A stretch of DNA of 64,000 nt from Candidatus Acidiferrales bacterium (lineage in GTDB: Bacteria; Chloroflexota; Dormibacteria; Aeolococcales; Aeolococcaceae). Position numbers and translations under genes: made by a program. The notes beneath the pieces were generated by a model. It was not told where the DNA came from. It searched no databases and worked only from the letters and a program-made list of their open reading frames with translations. This document shows, piece after piece, positions 8,776 through 17,470 of this stretch. The stretch spans positions 515-64,514 of the forward strand of contig DATLRX010000057.1 of the NCBI GenBank assembly GCA_035534435.1, written 5' to 3'. The first letter of the stretch is position 1; each line of letters opens with the position of its first letter.

Positions 8776-9804
8776 TCAAACGTCGAGTCCCACTCCCGTC
8801 GCCCAGTCGCGATGCCACGCACCGGAGTAGTACGCGGCGGCAGCGGGGTGGGCGATGTGGAGTGCCGTCTCCCAGTTCGCGCCAAGCCCGGCCGAGCTCC
8901 AGTTCGCGGACGAGACCAGCACGGAGCCGTCGATCACGGCACCCTTGGCATGTCCTGACGTGGACCGCGCCGGATCCATGCGGCGGATCTCGAACGGCAC
9001 CGTCCCCAGGAGTCGCGCATCGACGCGTTCAGGAACACCGCCGAGCAGCAGCGCGCAGTCGACCCCGCGATCGGAGGCGTCCGCCATGAGGTCGAGAAGG
9101 CGGCGCACCGGTGGCTCGCCGGGACGCACATACGGAACGGTCACCAGCGCAGAGCGTCGGGCGTCGATGAGCATCGACGCCTGCGCCGCGGCGATGGCGC
9201 ACCCACCCGTGATGAGACGCAGCCTCCGGGTCCCGACGCGCGCGGTGATCGGCGCGAATTGCGGGGTGGGCGCCCCGACAACCGGGACCGTGGCCGTGGC
9301 ACGGCCCGACCAGTTCTCAGGAGGGCGTCGCGCGATGTCCCACCGTGCGTCGAACGCGCGGCGAGCATCGCGCTCGAGCGTTTGCGAGCCTGATGCGGCC
9401 GCCCACCACTCGCGCGTGCCGGAGAGCGGCGTCGCGATGGGAGGAAAGCGAAGATGGCGGTCACGCGGCGCGTCCCGCCAGATGAGGTTGCCCGTGCCGA
9501 CGGCGACGGTCCCGTCGATCAGCAGCACCTTCCCGTGCGAGGCGTGACCCTGACCGCCCGCGACACGACACCGGCCGCCGGCGGCGATCAGCCCACGCGC
9601 CGTCGCGGCGTTGCCGTCGGAGGCGTGCGCGTCGAGCATGAGACGCACGCGCACCCCGCGTCGCGCCGCGCGCACGAGCTCCCATCGGTACGAGGGACCG
9701 ACCTCGTAGAGCGCGGCATCGATGCGCACGCGCGCATCACGCAGCAGCCGCGAGAGCAGCGTTCCCGCGGCGTCCGGTCCGAGCGCGCACGTCAGCGATG
9801 TCAC
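8776..9804 (-). CDS. phospholipase D-family protein with two HKD motifs, no TM segment
   Basis: 342 aa. HASHGKVLLIDGTVAVGTGN and SGHAKGAVIDGSVLVSSANW (HxKx4D twice). No hydrophobic N-terminus. Confidence 0.8.
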   Translation of the reverse strand: MTSLTCALGPDAAGTLLSRLLRDARVRIDAALYEVGPSYRWELVRAARRGVRVRLMLDAHASDGNAATARGLIAAGGRCRVAGGQGHASHGKVLLIDGTVAVGTGNLIWRDAPRDRHLRFPPIATPLSGTREWWAAASGSQTLERDARRAFDARWDIARRPPENWSGRATATVPVVGAPTPQFAPITARVGTRRLRLITGGCAIAAAQASMLIDARRSALVTVPYVRPGEPPVRRLLDLMADASDRGVDCALLLGGVPERVDARLLGTVPFEIRRMDPARSTSGHAKGAVIDGSVLVSSANWSSAGLGANWETALHIAHPAAAAYYSGAWHRDWATGVGLDV

Positions 9805-9894
9805 GCAAGCGACAGCGTGCGGAAGCCCACAACCCGATCGTGGGAGCGGGGCACGCCCACGCGGCGGACGTTGAGGTCCGCCGACGCTCGGCTC

Positions 9895-10425
9895 CTACGC
9901 GGTCGCCGGTCCCTGCTGCGTCAGCTTCGACAGCCGCTGCAGCTCCACGTGGTGCTGCTTGACGTTTGCGATGACGTCGTTGAGCACGGTGTCCTGGGCC
10001 TGCAGATGCTGCTGCAGTTGCAGGCATTCGCTGAGGATCGCCTCCGCGTCCTTGTACGTCTGCTCCGAGCGCTTGTCGGCGGCCTTCCCCTGAATGTTCT
10101 GGCCGACGATGATGATCGGCAGCAACACCAACTGAATGAAGGTCTGGGCGATCCACGCGACGATGACGATCGCCTGACCGCTGCTGATCGCCGAGGGAAG
10201 GCTGATCAGAGCGAGCAGCGTGAAGATATACGCGCACCACATCGTGCCGACCACGGCGGTGATGATCAGCGCGACCTTGCCGTTGACGCCGACGCGCTCG
10301 TCATCGACCTTGACGGGCTTGTCATGCTGGCGCTGCGCGATGCGCGGATGCGGAATGTGCTGGAACAGCTCCTCGACCCTGGGGATCGTGGTCACCGGCG
10401 CCGGCTGGGCGGGTTGGTCCGTCAT
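9895..10425 (-). CDS. DUF1003-like membrane protein
   Basis: ATG 10425 in ORF 9895..10617(-). Two TM helices (VALIITAVVGTMWCAYIFTLLALISL, IVIVAWIAQTFIQLVLLPIIIVGQN), then a KAADKRSEQTYKDAE coiled tail, as in DUF1003. Confidence 0.65.
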   Translation of the reverse strand: MTDQPAQPAPVTTIPRVEELFQHIPHPRIAQRQHDKPVKVDDERVGVNGKVALIITAVVGTMWCAYIFTLLALISLPSAISSGQAIVIVAWIAQTFIQLVLLPIIIVGQNIQGKAADKRSEQTYKDAEAILSECLQLQQHLQAQDTVLNDVIANVKQHHVELQRLSKLTQQGPATA

Positions 10426-10513
10426 CGCGCGTTCTCCTGAAACTGGGTGCTCGGAGGTGGCACCCAATTGCGCGGTATCGTGAACGATGCGAACGGCGTT
10501 GAGTGCGCTCGGG

Positions 10514-11215
10514 TCAGGCCCGCCGGCGCAGCATCGCCGGTGGTCGTGACCGCCGCAGGCTCCATGCGGGCTGCCGTTCGACGAATTCGTACATCGCGGC
10601 AGGCCGCCCCGCGCCACCCTTCGACACCATTCCGGTCGCGCGGACGAGGCCGGACTGCTCGAGCTCGCGGCGAAAGTTCGACGGCTCGTAGGTCACGCCG
10701 CTGATGGCCTCGAACACCCGTCGCGCCCGGGGCATCGTGAAGCGCTCCGGCAGCAGGCCCACCGCAATGTTCGACCACCAGAGCTTGCCGCGCAGTCGCT
10801 CGACGGCGTCGACGACGATGCGCGCATGGTCGAAGCCGAGCGGCGGCAGGGCGTCGACAGGCTCCCATCGCGCGCTCGACTCGTCGGCTCGAAGCACCGC
10901 CGCATCGATGAGCGCCAGGTACGCGACTGTCGGGATCCAGCCGCGAGGATCGCGCTCGGGGTCCGCATACGTCTCGAGCTGCTCGAGGTAGACGGCGCCA
11001 ACCCCTGTCTTCTCCGTCAGCTTCCGCTGCGCCGTCTCCTCGGGGCGCTCGCTCGGGCTCATGAAGCCTCCGGGGAGCACCCAGGTCCCCTCGAACGGCG
11101 CCTCCGTGCGCTGCACGAGCAGGACGTGGAGGCGCCCGGACAGTGGGGCGAGCACGACGGGCACCGCCGACATCCCGGCGGGAGCCGGGAAGCCCGAGGA
11201 GTTGACCGCCGACAT
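10514..11215 (-). CDS. NrtR-like regulator (degenerate Nudix domain + C-terminal winged helix)
   Basis: ORF 10514..11311(-). Nudix-like GGFMSPSERPEETAQRKLTEKTGV with acidic residues partly replaced. C-terminal LLPERFTMPRARRVFEAISG...FRRELEQSGLV...GRPAAMYEF looks like a wHTH. Start uncertain (ATG 11215 or 11173); 11311 would overlap the divergent gene. Confidence 0.6.
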   Translation of the reverse strand: MSAVNSSGFPAPAGMSAVPVVLAPLSGRLHVLLVQRTEAPFEGTWVLPGGFMSPSERPEETAQRKLTEKTGVGAVYLEQLETYADPERDPRGWIPTVAYLALIDAAVLRADESSARWEPVDALPPLGFDHARIVVDAVERLRGKLWWSNIAVGLLPERFTMPRARRVFEAISGVTYEPSNFRRELEQSGLVRATGMVSKGGAGRPAAMYEFVERQPAWSLRRSRPPAMLRRRA

Positions 11216-11288
11216 CGCGGTGGAGCGGCCGGCATCGGAGCGTGCTGGCATCGCGATCGATTGTGGCGACGCGCTAGGCTGCATTGCC

Positions 11289-12116
11289 ATGGAGTCCGGG
11301 AGCATCACCACCGCGGACGGCTTTCGGGCCGCCTACGCGGAGATCTTCACCGACGTCTACGCGCTGACCGCGGACCTCGATGATCACCGTGCTCTCGGCA
11401 TCACCGGCTGTCCGGGCTGGACGGTCCGTGACCACGTCGCGCACATCGTCGACCTCGAGGGCCTTCTCGTCGGTCGCGAGCGTCCGAACCACAGCATCCC
11501 CGACGGGCTCTCGTACATCCGGAACGAGCCCGGTGAGTTCATGGAGATCGGGGTGGACGCGCGCCGGGGCATGCCGTACCACGAGCTGATCGCGGAATAC
11601 CGGGATGTCACCAGGGAGCGGCTCGCGCGCCTCGACGACCTGGACGACTCGCAGCTCGACGAGATGGGGCAGGGCTTCTTCGGGCAGGGGAAGCGCCGAT
11701 CCCTGCTCGGCATCCGCGTCTTCGACCTCTGGTCCCACGAGCAGGACATCCGCCGGGCCCTCGGTGAGCCCGGCGGCTTCGGTGGTATCCCCGCTGCCCA
11801 CAGCCGCGAACGCATGATGACGGGCGCCGGCGCGAAGCTCCAGGAACGCCTCGAGCCCGCCGCCGGCACCTCCGTGGTCTTCGACATCACGGGCATCGGC
11901 GGGGCCCGGCGGGCGATCGTGTTCGACGGAGAGCGCGGACGGTCCGGCATGGACCTCCCTGAGATCCCCACCGCGACGCTGCGCCTCGACCTGAACACGC
12001 TGACGGTGCTGGCGTGCGGCCGTTCCGACGATCCGCTGGCGAGCTCGCGCGTTGTTGTCGAGGGTGTCCAAAACCTGGGACGGCGCGTGCTCGAGGACCT
12101 GTCGTTCACACCGTGA
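11289..12116 (+). CDS. mycothiol-dependent maleylpyruvate-isomerase-family (DinB_2-type) protein
   Basis: ATG 11289 in ORF 11061..12116(+). CPGWTVRDHVAHIVDLE and LWSHEQDIRRALG are typical of the TIGR03083-like N-domain. The stop overlaps the next start (GTGA). Confidence 0.7.
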   Translation: MESGSITTADGFRAAYAEIFTDVYALTADLDDHRALGITGCPGWTVRDHVAHIVDLEGLLVGRERPNHSIPDGLSYIRNEPGEFMEIGVDARRGMPYHELIAEYRDVTRERLARLDDLDDSQLDEMGQGFFGQGKRRSLLGIRVFDLWSHEQDIRRALGEPGGFGGIPAAHSRERMMTGAGAKLQERLEPAAGTSVVFDITGIGGARRAIVFDGERGRSGMDLPEIPTATLRLDLNTLTVLACGRSDDPLASSRVVVEGVQNLGRRVLEDLSFTP

Positions 12117-12637
12117 CGCGCACCATCCGGCGTCTTGCGGCGGTCATGACACTCGGGGCGACACTGGTGCTCGCCGGCTGCGGTCTGCAGCAATCGGACT
12201 CGTCGGTGCCGAACGGAGGGCTCCCGGGAATCAGCGGGCCGGCAACGCCGATCAGCGCAGTCACGCTGTCCGGCACGCCGTTCGCCTGGTCGTCCACACA
12301 CGGACATGTCGTCGTCCTCGACTTCTGGGGCTCGTGGTGCGGACCGTGCAATGCCGAGCAGCCGCAACTCAATCAGATTGCCGCGCAATGGATGCCCAAA
12401 GGTGTGGTCTTCCTCGGCGTGGACGTGAACGACACGACCCCCAACGGTGCGGCCTTCGAGCGTACCTACAACGTGCCGTATCCCAGCGTCAGCGATGCCA
12501 GCGAGGTCATCGAGTCCGAGTACAACGTCCCCGCGCCACCGACCGTGGTCATCGTGGACGCGCAGGGCAACATCGTCGACCACTTCCTCGGCACGGTCAC
12601 CGGCCTGAGCGCCGACCTGAGCCGGCTCACCGCATGA
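12113..12637 (+). CDS. TlpA/ResA-family thioredoxin-like lipoprotein
   Basis: GTG 12113 in ORF 12014..12637(+). Signal peptide plus lipobox LVLAGCG, redox motif FWGSWCGPCNAE. Confidence 0.8.
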   Translation: MTRTIRRLAAVMTLGATLVLAGCGLQQSDSSVPNGGLPGISGPATPISAVTLSGTPFAWSSTHGHVVVLDFWGSWCGPCNAEQPQLNQIAAQWMPKGVVFLGVDVNDTTPNGAAFERTYNVPYPSVSDASEVIESEYNVPAPPTVVIVDAQGNIVDHFLGTVTGLSADLSRLTA

Positions 12638-13848
12638 CGCAGATCACCGTGTACGGCGCACCCTGGTGCCCGGACTGCAAGCGCGCGAAACGATTCCTCG
12701 CGGAGCAGCGCATCGCCTACGACTGGGTCGATATCGACGAGGACGCCGGCGGTCTGGCACACGTCGAGGAGCTGCAGAAGGGCGGCAGGTCGATCCCGAC
12801 GATCGTGTTCGACGGCACGGACGTCCTCATCGAGCCCACCAACGAGGACCTCGCTCGCAAGCTCGGGCTGACGCTCGAGGCCAAACGCGAGTGCTACGAC
12901 CTCGCGATCGTCGGTGGCGGGCCCGCCGGACTGGCGGCGGCGATCTACGCGGCGCGCGAAGGCATCGACGCCGTGGTGGTCGAGCGCAGCGGACTCGGCG
13001 GGCAGGCCGGCGTCACCGAGCGGATCGACAACTACCCCGGGTTCCCCGACGGCGTCGGCGGCGCCGACCTGGCCGAGCGGTTCATCGCGCAGGCGCGCCG
13101 CTACGAGGTGGAGCTGCTCAGCGCGGTGAGCGTCGAGCGCATCACCGCCGAGGGTTCGGAGGCGGGCGACGTCTGCCTCCGCCTGGCGAACGGGCAGGAG
13201 ATCGAGGCGCACGCCGCGCTCATCGCGACGGGCTCCTCGTACCGGCGGCTGGGCATCCCCGGGGAGGACGACCTCATCGGCGCCGGGGTGCATTTCTGCG
13301 CAACGTGCGACGGCCCGTTCTATCGCGGCGCAGACGAGCTCCTCGTCATCGGCGGCGGCAACTCAGCGCTCGAGGAGGGGCTCTTTCTCACGAAGTTCGC
13401 CAAGCGTGTGCGCATCGTGCAGCGCGACCCTGAGCTCACCGCATCACGCCTGCTGCAGGACAAGATCGACCACGACAAGCGGTTCGTCGTGCACCGCAAC
13501 ACCGAGGTCGTGGAGCTCACCGGCAAGGGCAAGCTCGAGTCGGTCCGCCTCCGCGATCGCGACACGGGAGCGGAAGAGGTCGTGCAGCCGCGGGCCGCGT
13601 TCGTCTTCATCGGGCTCGACCCCAACACGTCGTTCCTGAAGGGCAGCGTCGATCTCGACGCTCGCGGGTTCGTCGACGACAAGGGCGGCTTCCGCACATC
13701 CCTTCCCGGCGTCTTCGTCGCGGGCGATGTCCGGCGCGGGTCGACGAAGCAACTCGGATCAGCCGTGGGCGACGGCATCGCCGCGTTGATCGCGATCCGC
13801 GAATACCTCCAGGAGCACCACGAGGTCGCCCGTCACCCCGAGGATTGA
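12634..13848 (+). CDS. glutaredoxin-like domain fused to thioredoxin-disulfide reductase
   Basis: ATG 12634 (ATGA overlap) in ORF 12052..13848(+). N-terminal YGAPWCPDCKRAKRFL (Grx/NrdH-like). Then GGGPAGLAAAIYAAREG (FAD), HFCATCDG (redox Cys pair), GGGNSALEEG (NADPH). Confidence 0.85.
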   Translation: MTQITVYGAPWCPDCKRAKRFLAEQRIAYDWVDIDEDAGGLAHVEELQKGGRSIPTIVFDGTDVLIEPTNEDLARKLGLTLEAKRECYDLAIVGGGPAGLAAAIYAAREGIDAVVVERSGLGGQAGVTERIDNYPGFPDGVGGADLAERFIAQARRYEVELLSAVSVERITAEGSEAGDVCLRLANGQEIEAHAALIATGSSYRRLGIPGEDDLIGAGVHFCATCDGPFYRGADELLVIGGGNSALEEGLFLTKFAKRVRIVQRDPELTASRLLQDKIDHDKRFVVHRNTEVVELTGKGKLESVRLRDRDTGAEEVVQPRAAFVFIGLDPNTSFLKGSVDLDARGFVDDKGGFRTSLPGVFVAGDVRRGSTKQLGSAVGDGIAALIAIREYLQEHHEVARHPED

Positions 13849-13887
13849 CGGCGACAGATTGCGCGATGCTATAGTGCGCTGCGCAAT
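13845..13887 (+). promoter_or_regulatory. putative padR promoter with flanking inverted repeat (operator candidate)
   Basis: TTGACG (13845-13850), 19 nt, TATAGT (13870-13875). ATTGCGC (13858-13864) and GCGCAAT (13881-13887) form a 7-bp inverted repeat bracketing the -10. The ATG at 13888 follows directly, so the leader is very short or absent. Confidence 0.45.
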
Positions 13888-14604
13888 ATGGAAATCCGCA
13901 CACGACCCAAGGACATGGTGGCCCTGACCACGCTCAGCTTCCTGAGCGAGGGACCGTGCCACCCCTATGAGATCCAGCGGATGCTCCGCGAGCGCCACAA
14001 GTCGTACGCGGTCGGCAAGACACGGGCCCTTTACAGGGCGATCGAGGAGCTCGAGGCCGTTGGCTACATCGAGTCCGTCGAGACCAGCCGCGAGGGCCGC
14101 AGGCCGGAGCGGACGGTGTACCGCATCACCCCGGAGGGCCGCGAGGAGCTGGAGAACTGGCTCGCCGACGTGCTGGCAGCTCCCGTGGACGAGACCCCGG
14201 TCTTCAGCATCGCCGTCGGGCTGCTCGGGTACATCACCCAGGAGCGTGCCGAGAGTGCCCTGGCCATGCGCCTCGTCAGCCTCAGGGCGAGGCTCGTCGC
14301 CCTCGAAGCCACCCTGAAGCTCGCCCAGGACGACCTCGGGCTCCCGCGCCTCGTCCTGCTCGAGCTCGAGCACGCCATGGCACTCGCCGCCGCGGAGATG
14401 GACTGGGTCCGCCGGCTCCTCGGCGAGATGCAGTCAGGCGTCCTGGTCTGGAACGACGAGATCCTCAGAGCCCATTTCGAAACCATGCACGCCGCTGAAG
14501 CCCGCAGGCGGAACAGCCGCGAAACAGCGCATCTCGCCACGCTGCCGCGTCCCGCGGACCGGCGCGAGCCCCAATCACCTGCCAACCGGGAGGAGACGCG
14601 ATGA
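13888..14604 (+). CDS. PadR-family transcriptional regulator (long form)
   Basis: 238 aa. LSFLSEGPCHPYEIQRML...YRAIEELEAVGYIE...ERTVYRITPEGREEL is the PadR wHTH. Confidence 0.85.
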   Translation: MEIRTRPKDMVALTTLSFLSEGPCHPYEIQRMLRERHKSYAVGKTRALYRAIEELEAVGYIESVETSREGRRPERTVYRITPEGREELENWLADVLAAPVDETPVFSIAVGLLGYITQERAESALAMRLVSLRARLVALEATLKLAQDDLGLPRLVLLELEHAMALAAAEMDWVRRLLGEMQSGVLVWNDEILRAHFETMHAAEARRRNSRETAHLATLPRPADRREPQSPANREETR

Positions 14605-15545
14605 TCGAGACGCACAACCTTCGACGAGTGTTCAAGTCGCGCAAGGGCGCGGTGGAAGCGGTCGCCGGCGTCGACCTCGACGTCAAGAAGGGCGAGATCT
14701 TCGGCTTCCTCGGGCCGAACGGCGCGGGCAAGACGACGACGCTGCGGATGCTCTCCACCCTGCTGCCCATCACGAGCGGTGAAGCCACGGTCGCCGGCTT
14801 CGACCTGCTGCGCGACGCGGCGAAGGTCCGGTTCGAGATCGGGTACGTGAGCCAGGAAGGCAGCAGCGCGCCCGAGATCCCCGGCCGGACCGAGCTGATC
14901 CTGCAGGGCCGTCTCTACGGGATGACGAAGACACGCTCCGAGCAGCGCGCGGGTGAGCTCATCGCCGCGCTCGAGCTCGCCGATTGCGCGGATCGTCAGA
15001 CCAAGACGTATTCGGGTGGTCAGAAGCGACGTCTCGACATCGGCGTCGGCCTGATGCACCTGCCGCAGCTGCTCTTCCTCGACGAGCCGACGACCGGGCT
15101 GGACCCGCAGAGCAGAGCGCGGATGTGGGACGAGGTGCGCAAATTGCGCGACACCGGCACGACGGTCTTCCTGACGACGCACTACCTCGAGGAGGCGGAT
15201 GCGCTCTGCGACCGCATCGCCATCATCGACCACGGGAAGATCGTCGCCCTGGGCACGCCGGATGAGCTGAAACGGCAGGTCGCGGGCGACGTCATCGTCG
15301 TCGGGACCGATCACGCCGGCGACCGCGTGCTCGAGCTGCTCAAGGGACAGTCCTACGTGCGCGAGGCCACGAGTGGCGACGGCGTCGTGCGGCTCTATGT
15401 CGACCGTGGCGAGACGGCGATGCCGCAGATCATCCGCGTGCTCGACTCCGCGGGCATACCGCTCGCATCACTGTCGCTCAGCCGCCCCAGCCTCGACGAC
15501 GTGTTCCTGCATCAGACCGGGCGCTCGCTGCGCGATGCGGCATAG
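14601..15545 (+). CDS. ABC transporter ATP-binding protein (DrrA-like)
   Basis: Walker A GPNGAGKTT, signature YSGGQKRRL, Walker B LLFLDEPTTGLD. ATGA overlap with the padR stop. Confidence 0.9.
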   Translation: MIETHNLRRVFKSRKGAVEAVAGVDLDVKKGEIFGFLGPNGAGKTTTLRMLSTLLPITSGEATVAGFDLLRDAAKVRFEIGYVSQEGSSAPEIPGRTELILQGRLYGMTKTRSEQRAGELIAALELADCADRQTKTYSGGQKRRLDIGVGLMHLPQLLFLDEPTTGLDPQSRARMWDEVRKLRDTGTTVFLTTHYLEEADALCDRIAIIDHGKIVALGTPDELKRQVAGDVIVVGTDHAGDRVLELLKGQSYVREATSGDGVVRLYVDRGETAMPQIIRVLDSAGIPLASLSLSRPSLDDVFLHQTGRSLRDAA

Positions 15546-15557
15546 GAGGTAACGATC

Positions 15558-16319
15558 ATGAAGATGCTCAAAGACACCTGGCTCATGTTCCAGCGCTACC
15601 TCTTCGTCTTCCTGCGCAACCCGGCGTGGGTGGTCATCGGCGTGCTGCAGCCGGTGCTGTACCTCGTGCTCTTCGCGCCGCTGCTCACGTCGCTCACCGA
15701 GACGCCCGGCTTTCCGTCCGGCGGCGCGTACAACGTGTTCGTGCCGGGGTTGCTCATCCAGCTCGGGCTCTTCGGCGCAAGCGGTGTCGGCTTCGGCTTG
15801 ATCGCCGAGCTGCGCGCCGGCGTGATCGAACGCTTCCGCGTGACTCCGGTGAGCCGCTTCGCGCTGCTCCTCGGCCGCGCGTTGCGCGACATCCTGACGC
15901 TCGTGGTGCAGTCGTTGATCCTGCTGTTGCTGGCGGTTCCGTTCGGGCTCAAACCGACGGTCTCCGGCGTGTTCGTCATGCTCGGACTGGTCGCGCTCAT
16001 CGGGCTCGGCATGTCGTCGCTCGCGTATGCCGCAGCGCTCGCGCTGAAGAGCGAGGACTCGTATGCGCCGCTGATCTTCACGCTGTCGCTGCCGTTGCTC
16101 CTGCTCAGTGGCGTGCTGCTGCCCCTGCAGCTCGCGCCGCAATGGCTGCAACACATCGCCCAGGCGAACCCGCTCTCCTACGCGGTCACCGCCGCGCGCG
16201 ACGTGTTCAACGGACACGGCGGGGACGTCGACGTCTACAAGGGGCTCGCCATCATGGCCGCGCTTGCCGTGGTGGGCGTCCTCGTGGGAGCGCGCCGCTT
16301 CAGCCGGGCCATCGCCTGA
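15558..16319 (+). CDS. ABC-2 type transporter permease (DrrB-like)
   Basis: 253 aa, six predicted TM helices. It directly follows the ATPase, which fits an ABC-2 family layout. Confidence 0.8.
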   Translation: MKMLKDTWLMFQRYLFVFLRNPAWVVIGVLQPVLYLVLFAPLLTSLTETPGFPSGGAYNVFVPGLLIQLGLFGASGVGFGLIAELRAGVIERFRVTPVSRFALLLGRALRDILTLVVQSLILLLLAVPFGLKPTVSGVFVMLGLVALIGLGMSSLAYAAALALKSEDSYAPLIFTLSLPLLLLSGVLLPLQLAPQWLQHIAQANPLSYAVTAARDVFNGHGGDVDVYKGLAIMAALAVVGVLVGARRFSRAIA

Positions 16320-16334
16320 CCGAAACCGCAGCGT

Positions 16335-17009
16335 TCAGAACCCGGAGGCGATCTCCTCGCGGCTGAGGAATGCCTGCACGGAACGCGCGAGCGCCTGGTT
16401 GAAGGCCGTCCGCGCCGCCGCGTCCTCGTCGGGCGTCACGGCGCGGGCCACCTGCCGGCCTTCGATCCACGGTGGGACCGAGCGGCCGATCAGGTCGTTG
16501 TCGACGCGCACCCCGACGACGGCCTGCTCGTCCTCCGCCACCTCGATGGACACCTGGTGGACGACACCGAGGTGATCGACGAGCTTCCAGGCGCGCGCCC
16601 AGCACCGCGACGAGGAGACGGGCGACGTCAGCCGCACCGGGTCGGCGACGAGAGTCGTGTCCGCCGCGTGTGCCGAGGCGCGCAGCGCGACGCGGATCGG
16701 CGCGTCGAGCTCCCCGCTCATCCACCCGACGAGCGAGGGGGCGCGGTTGTCCAGGTCGGGCAGTGCGAGCTGATAGAAGCCGTTGGAGAGCGCCGCGACG
16801 GTGCCCGCATGGCGGCGGCAGTACGCGCTGTCGTTGAACATGGCCCCGTGTCGAATGCACCATGTCGTGCCGCACACGCGTCCGCGCCGGTCGGCGTAGA
16901 CGCAACGGATCGACACTGCCTCGGGGCACCCCTGCTCGGTGCAGCACACGCGACCGGACGGTCTGCGCAACGCCTGCCGCAGCGTCCACATTCGATCGAA
17001 CGGCGCCAT
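16335..17009 (-). CDS. hypothetical Cys/His-rich protein
   Basis: 224 aa. The first ~70 aa carry 9 Cys and several His (VCCTEQGCPE..IRCVYADRRGRVCGTTWCIRHG..AYCRRHAG). The remainder is soluble-looking. No family recognised. Confidence 0.55.
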   Translation of the reverse strand: MAPFDRMWTLRQALRRPSGRVCCTEQGCPEAVSIRCVYADRRGRVCGTTWCIRHGAMFNDSAYCRRHAGTVAALSNGFYQLALPDLDNRAPSLVGWMSGELDAPIRVALRASAHAADTTLVADPVRLTSPVSSSRCWARAWKLVDHLGVVHQVSIEVAEDEQAVVGVRVDNDLIGRSVPPWIEGRQVARAVTPDEDAAARTAFNQALARSVQAFLSREEIASGF

Positions 17010-17080
17010 GGGAGCAGCCCTCCTCAGGCGCCGATGGTACCAAAGTCAACGCACCGAACGAATCGAGCGCGCTGCAGTGA

Positions 17081-17470
17081 TCAGCTGGCGAGGGCCGGCG
17101 TGTCCTCGAAGCAGGAGCGGACGACAGCGCCCAGTCCCGGAAGGCTGAACGGCTTGGTGATCAGGTGGTTGGCGCCGGCGAGCCTCGCGCGTTCGACGTC
17201 GGCGTCCGCGGACAGCGACGTGAAGACGAGCACCGGCATCGATTGCGTCTGCGGCATCGACCTGATGTGCCGGCAGACCTCGATCCCGTCAACGCCGGGC
17301 ATCATCACGTCGAGGATCGCGAGGTCGAACGCTTCGGTGTCGAGCTTGCTGATGGCCTCACTGCCGTCCTGCGCCTCGGTGACTTCGAATCCTTCCATGC
17401 TGAGATACAACCCGACTACGTGCAGCAGTCGCGGTTCGTCATCGACGAGAAGGATGCGCTGCTGGGCCAA
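17081..17470 (-). CDS. single-domain response regulator (receiver only)
   Basis: C-terminal part of ORF 17081..17857(-): RILLVDDEP...DLAILDVMMPGVDG...VLVFTSL...ITKPF. The only start candidate near the domain is TTG 17470. No output domain and no kinase nearby. Confidence 0.7.
   Translation of the reverse strand: MAQQRILLVDDEPRLLHVVGLYLSMEGFEVTEAQDGSEAISKLDTEAFDLAILDVMMPGVDGIEVCRHIRSMPQTQSMPVLVFTSLSADADVERARLAGANHLITKPFSLPGLGAVVRSCFEDTPALAS

Noticed and set aside
12052-13848. 598-aa ORF read as a single protein
   Set aside because: The first 194 aa are an Arg-rich out-of-frame read through the TlpA-like gene. The real protein starts at ATG 12634 with the Grx-like domain.
14064-15314. 416-aa minus-strand ORF antisense to the padR and ABC ATPase genes
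   Set aside because: Shadow ORF opposite genes with Walker A, signature and Walker B motifs.
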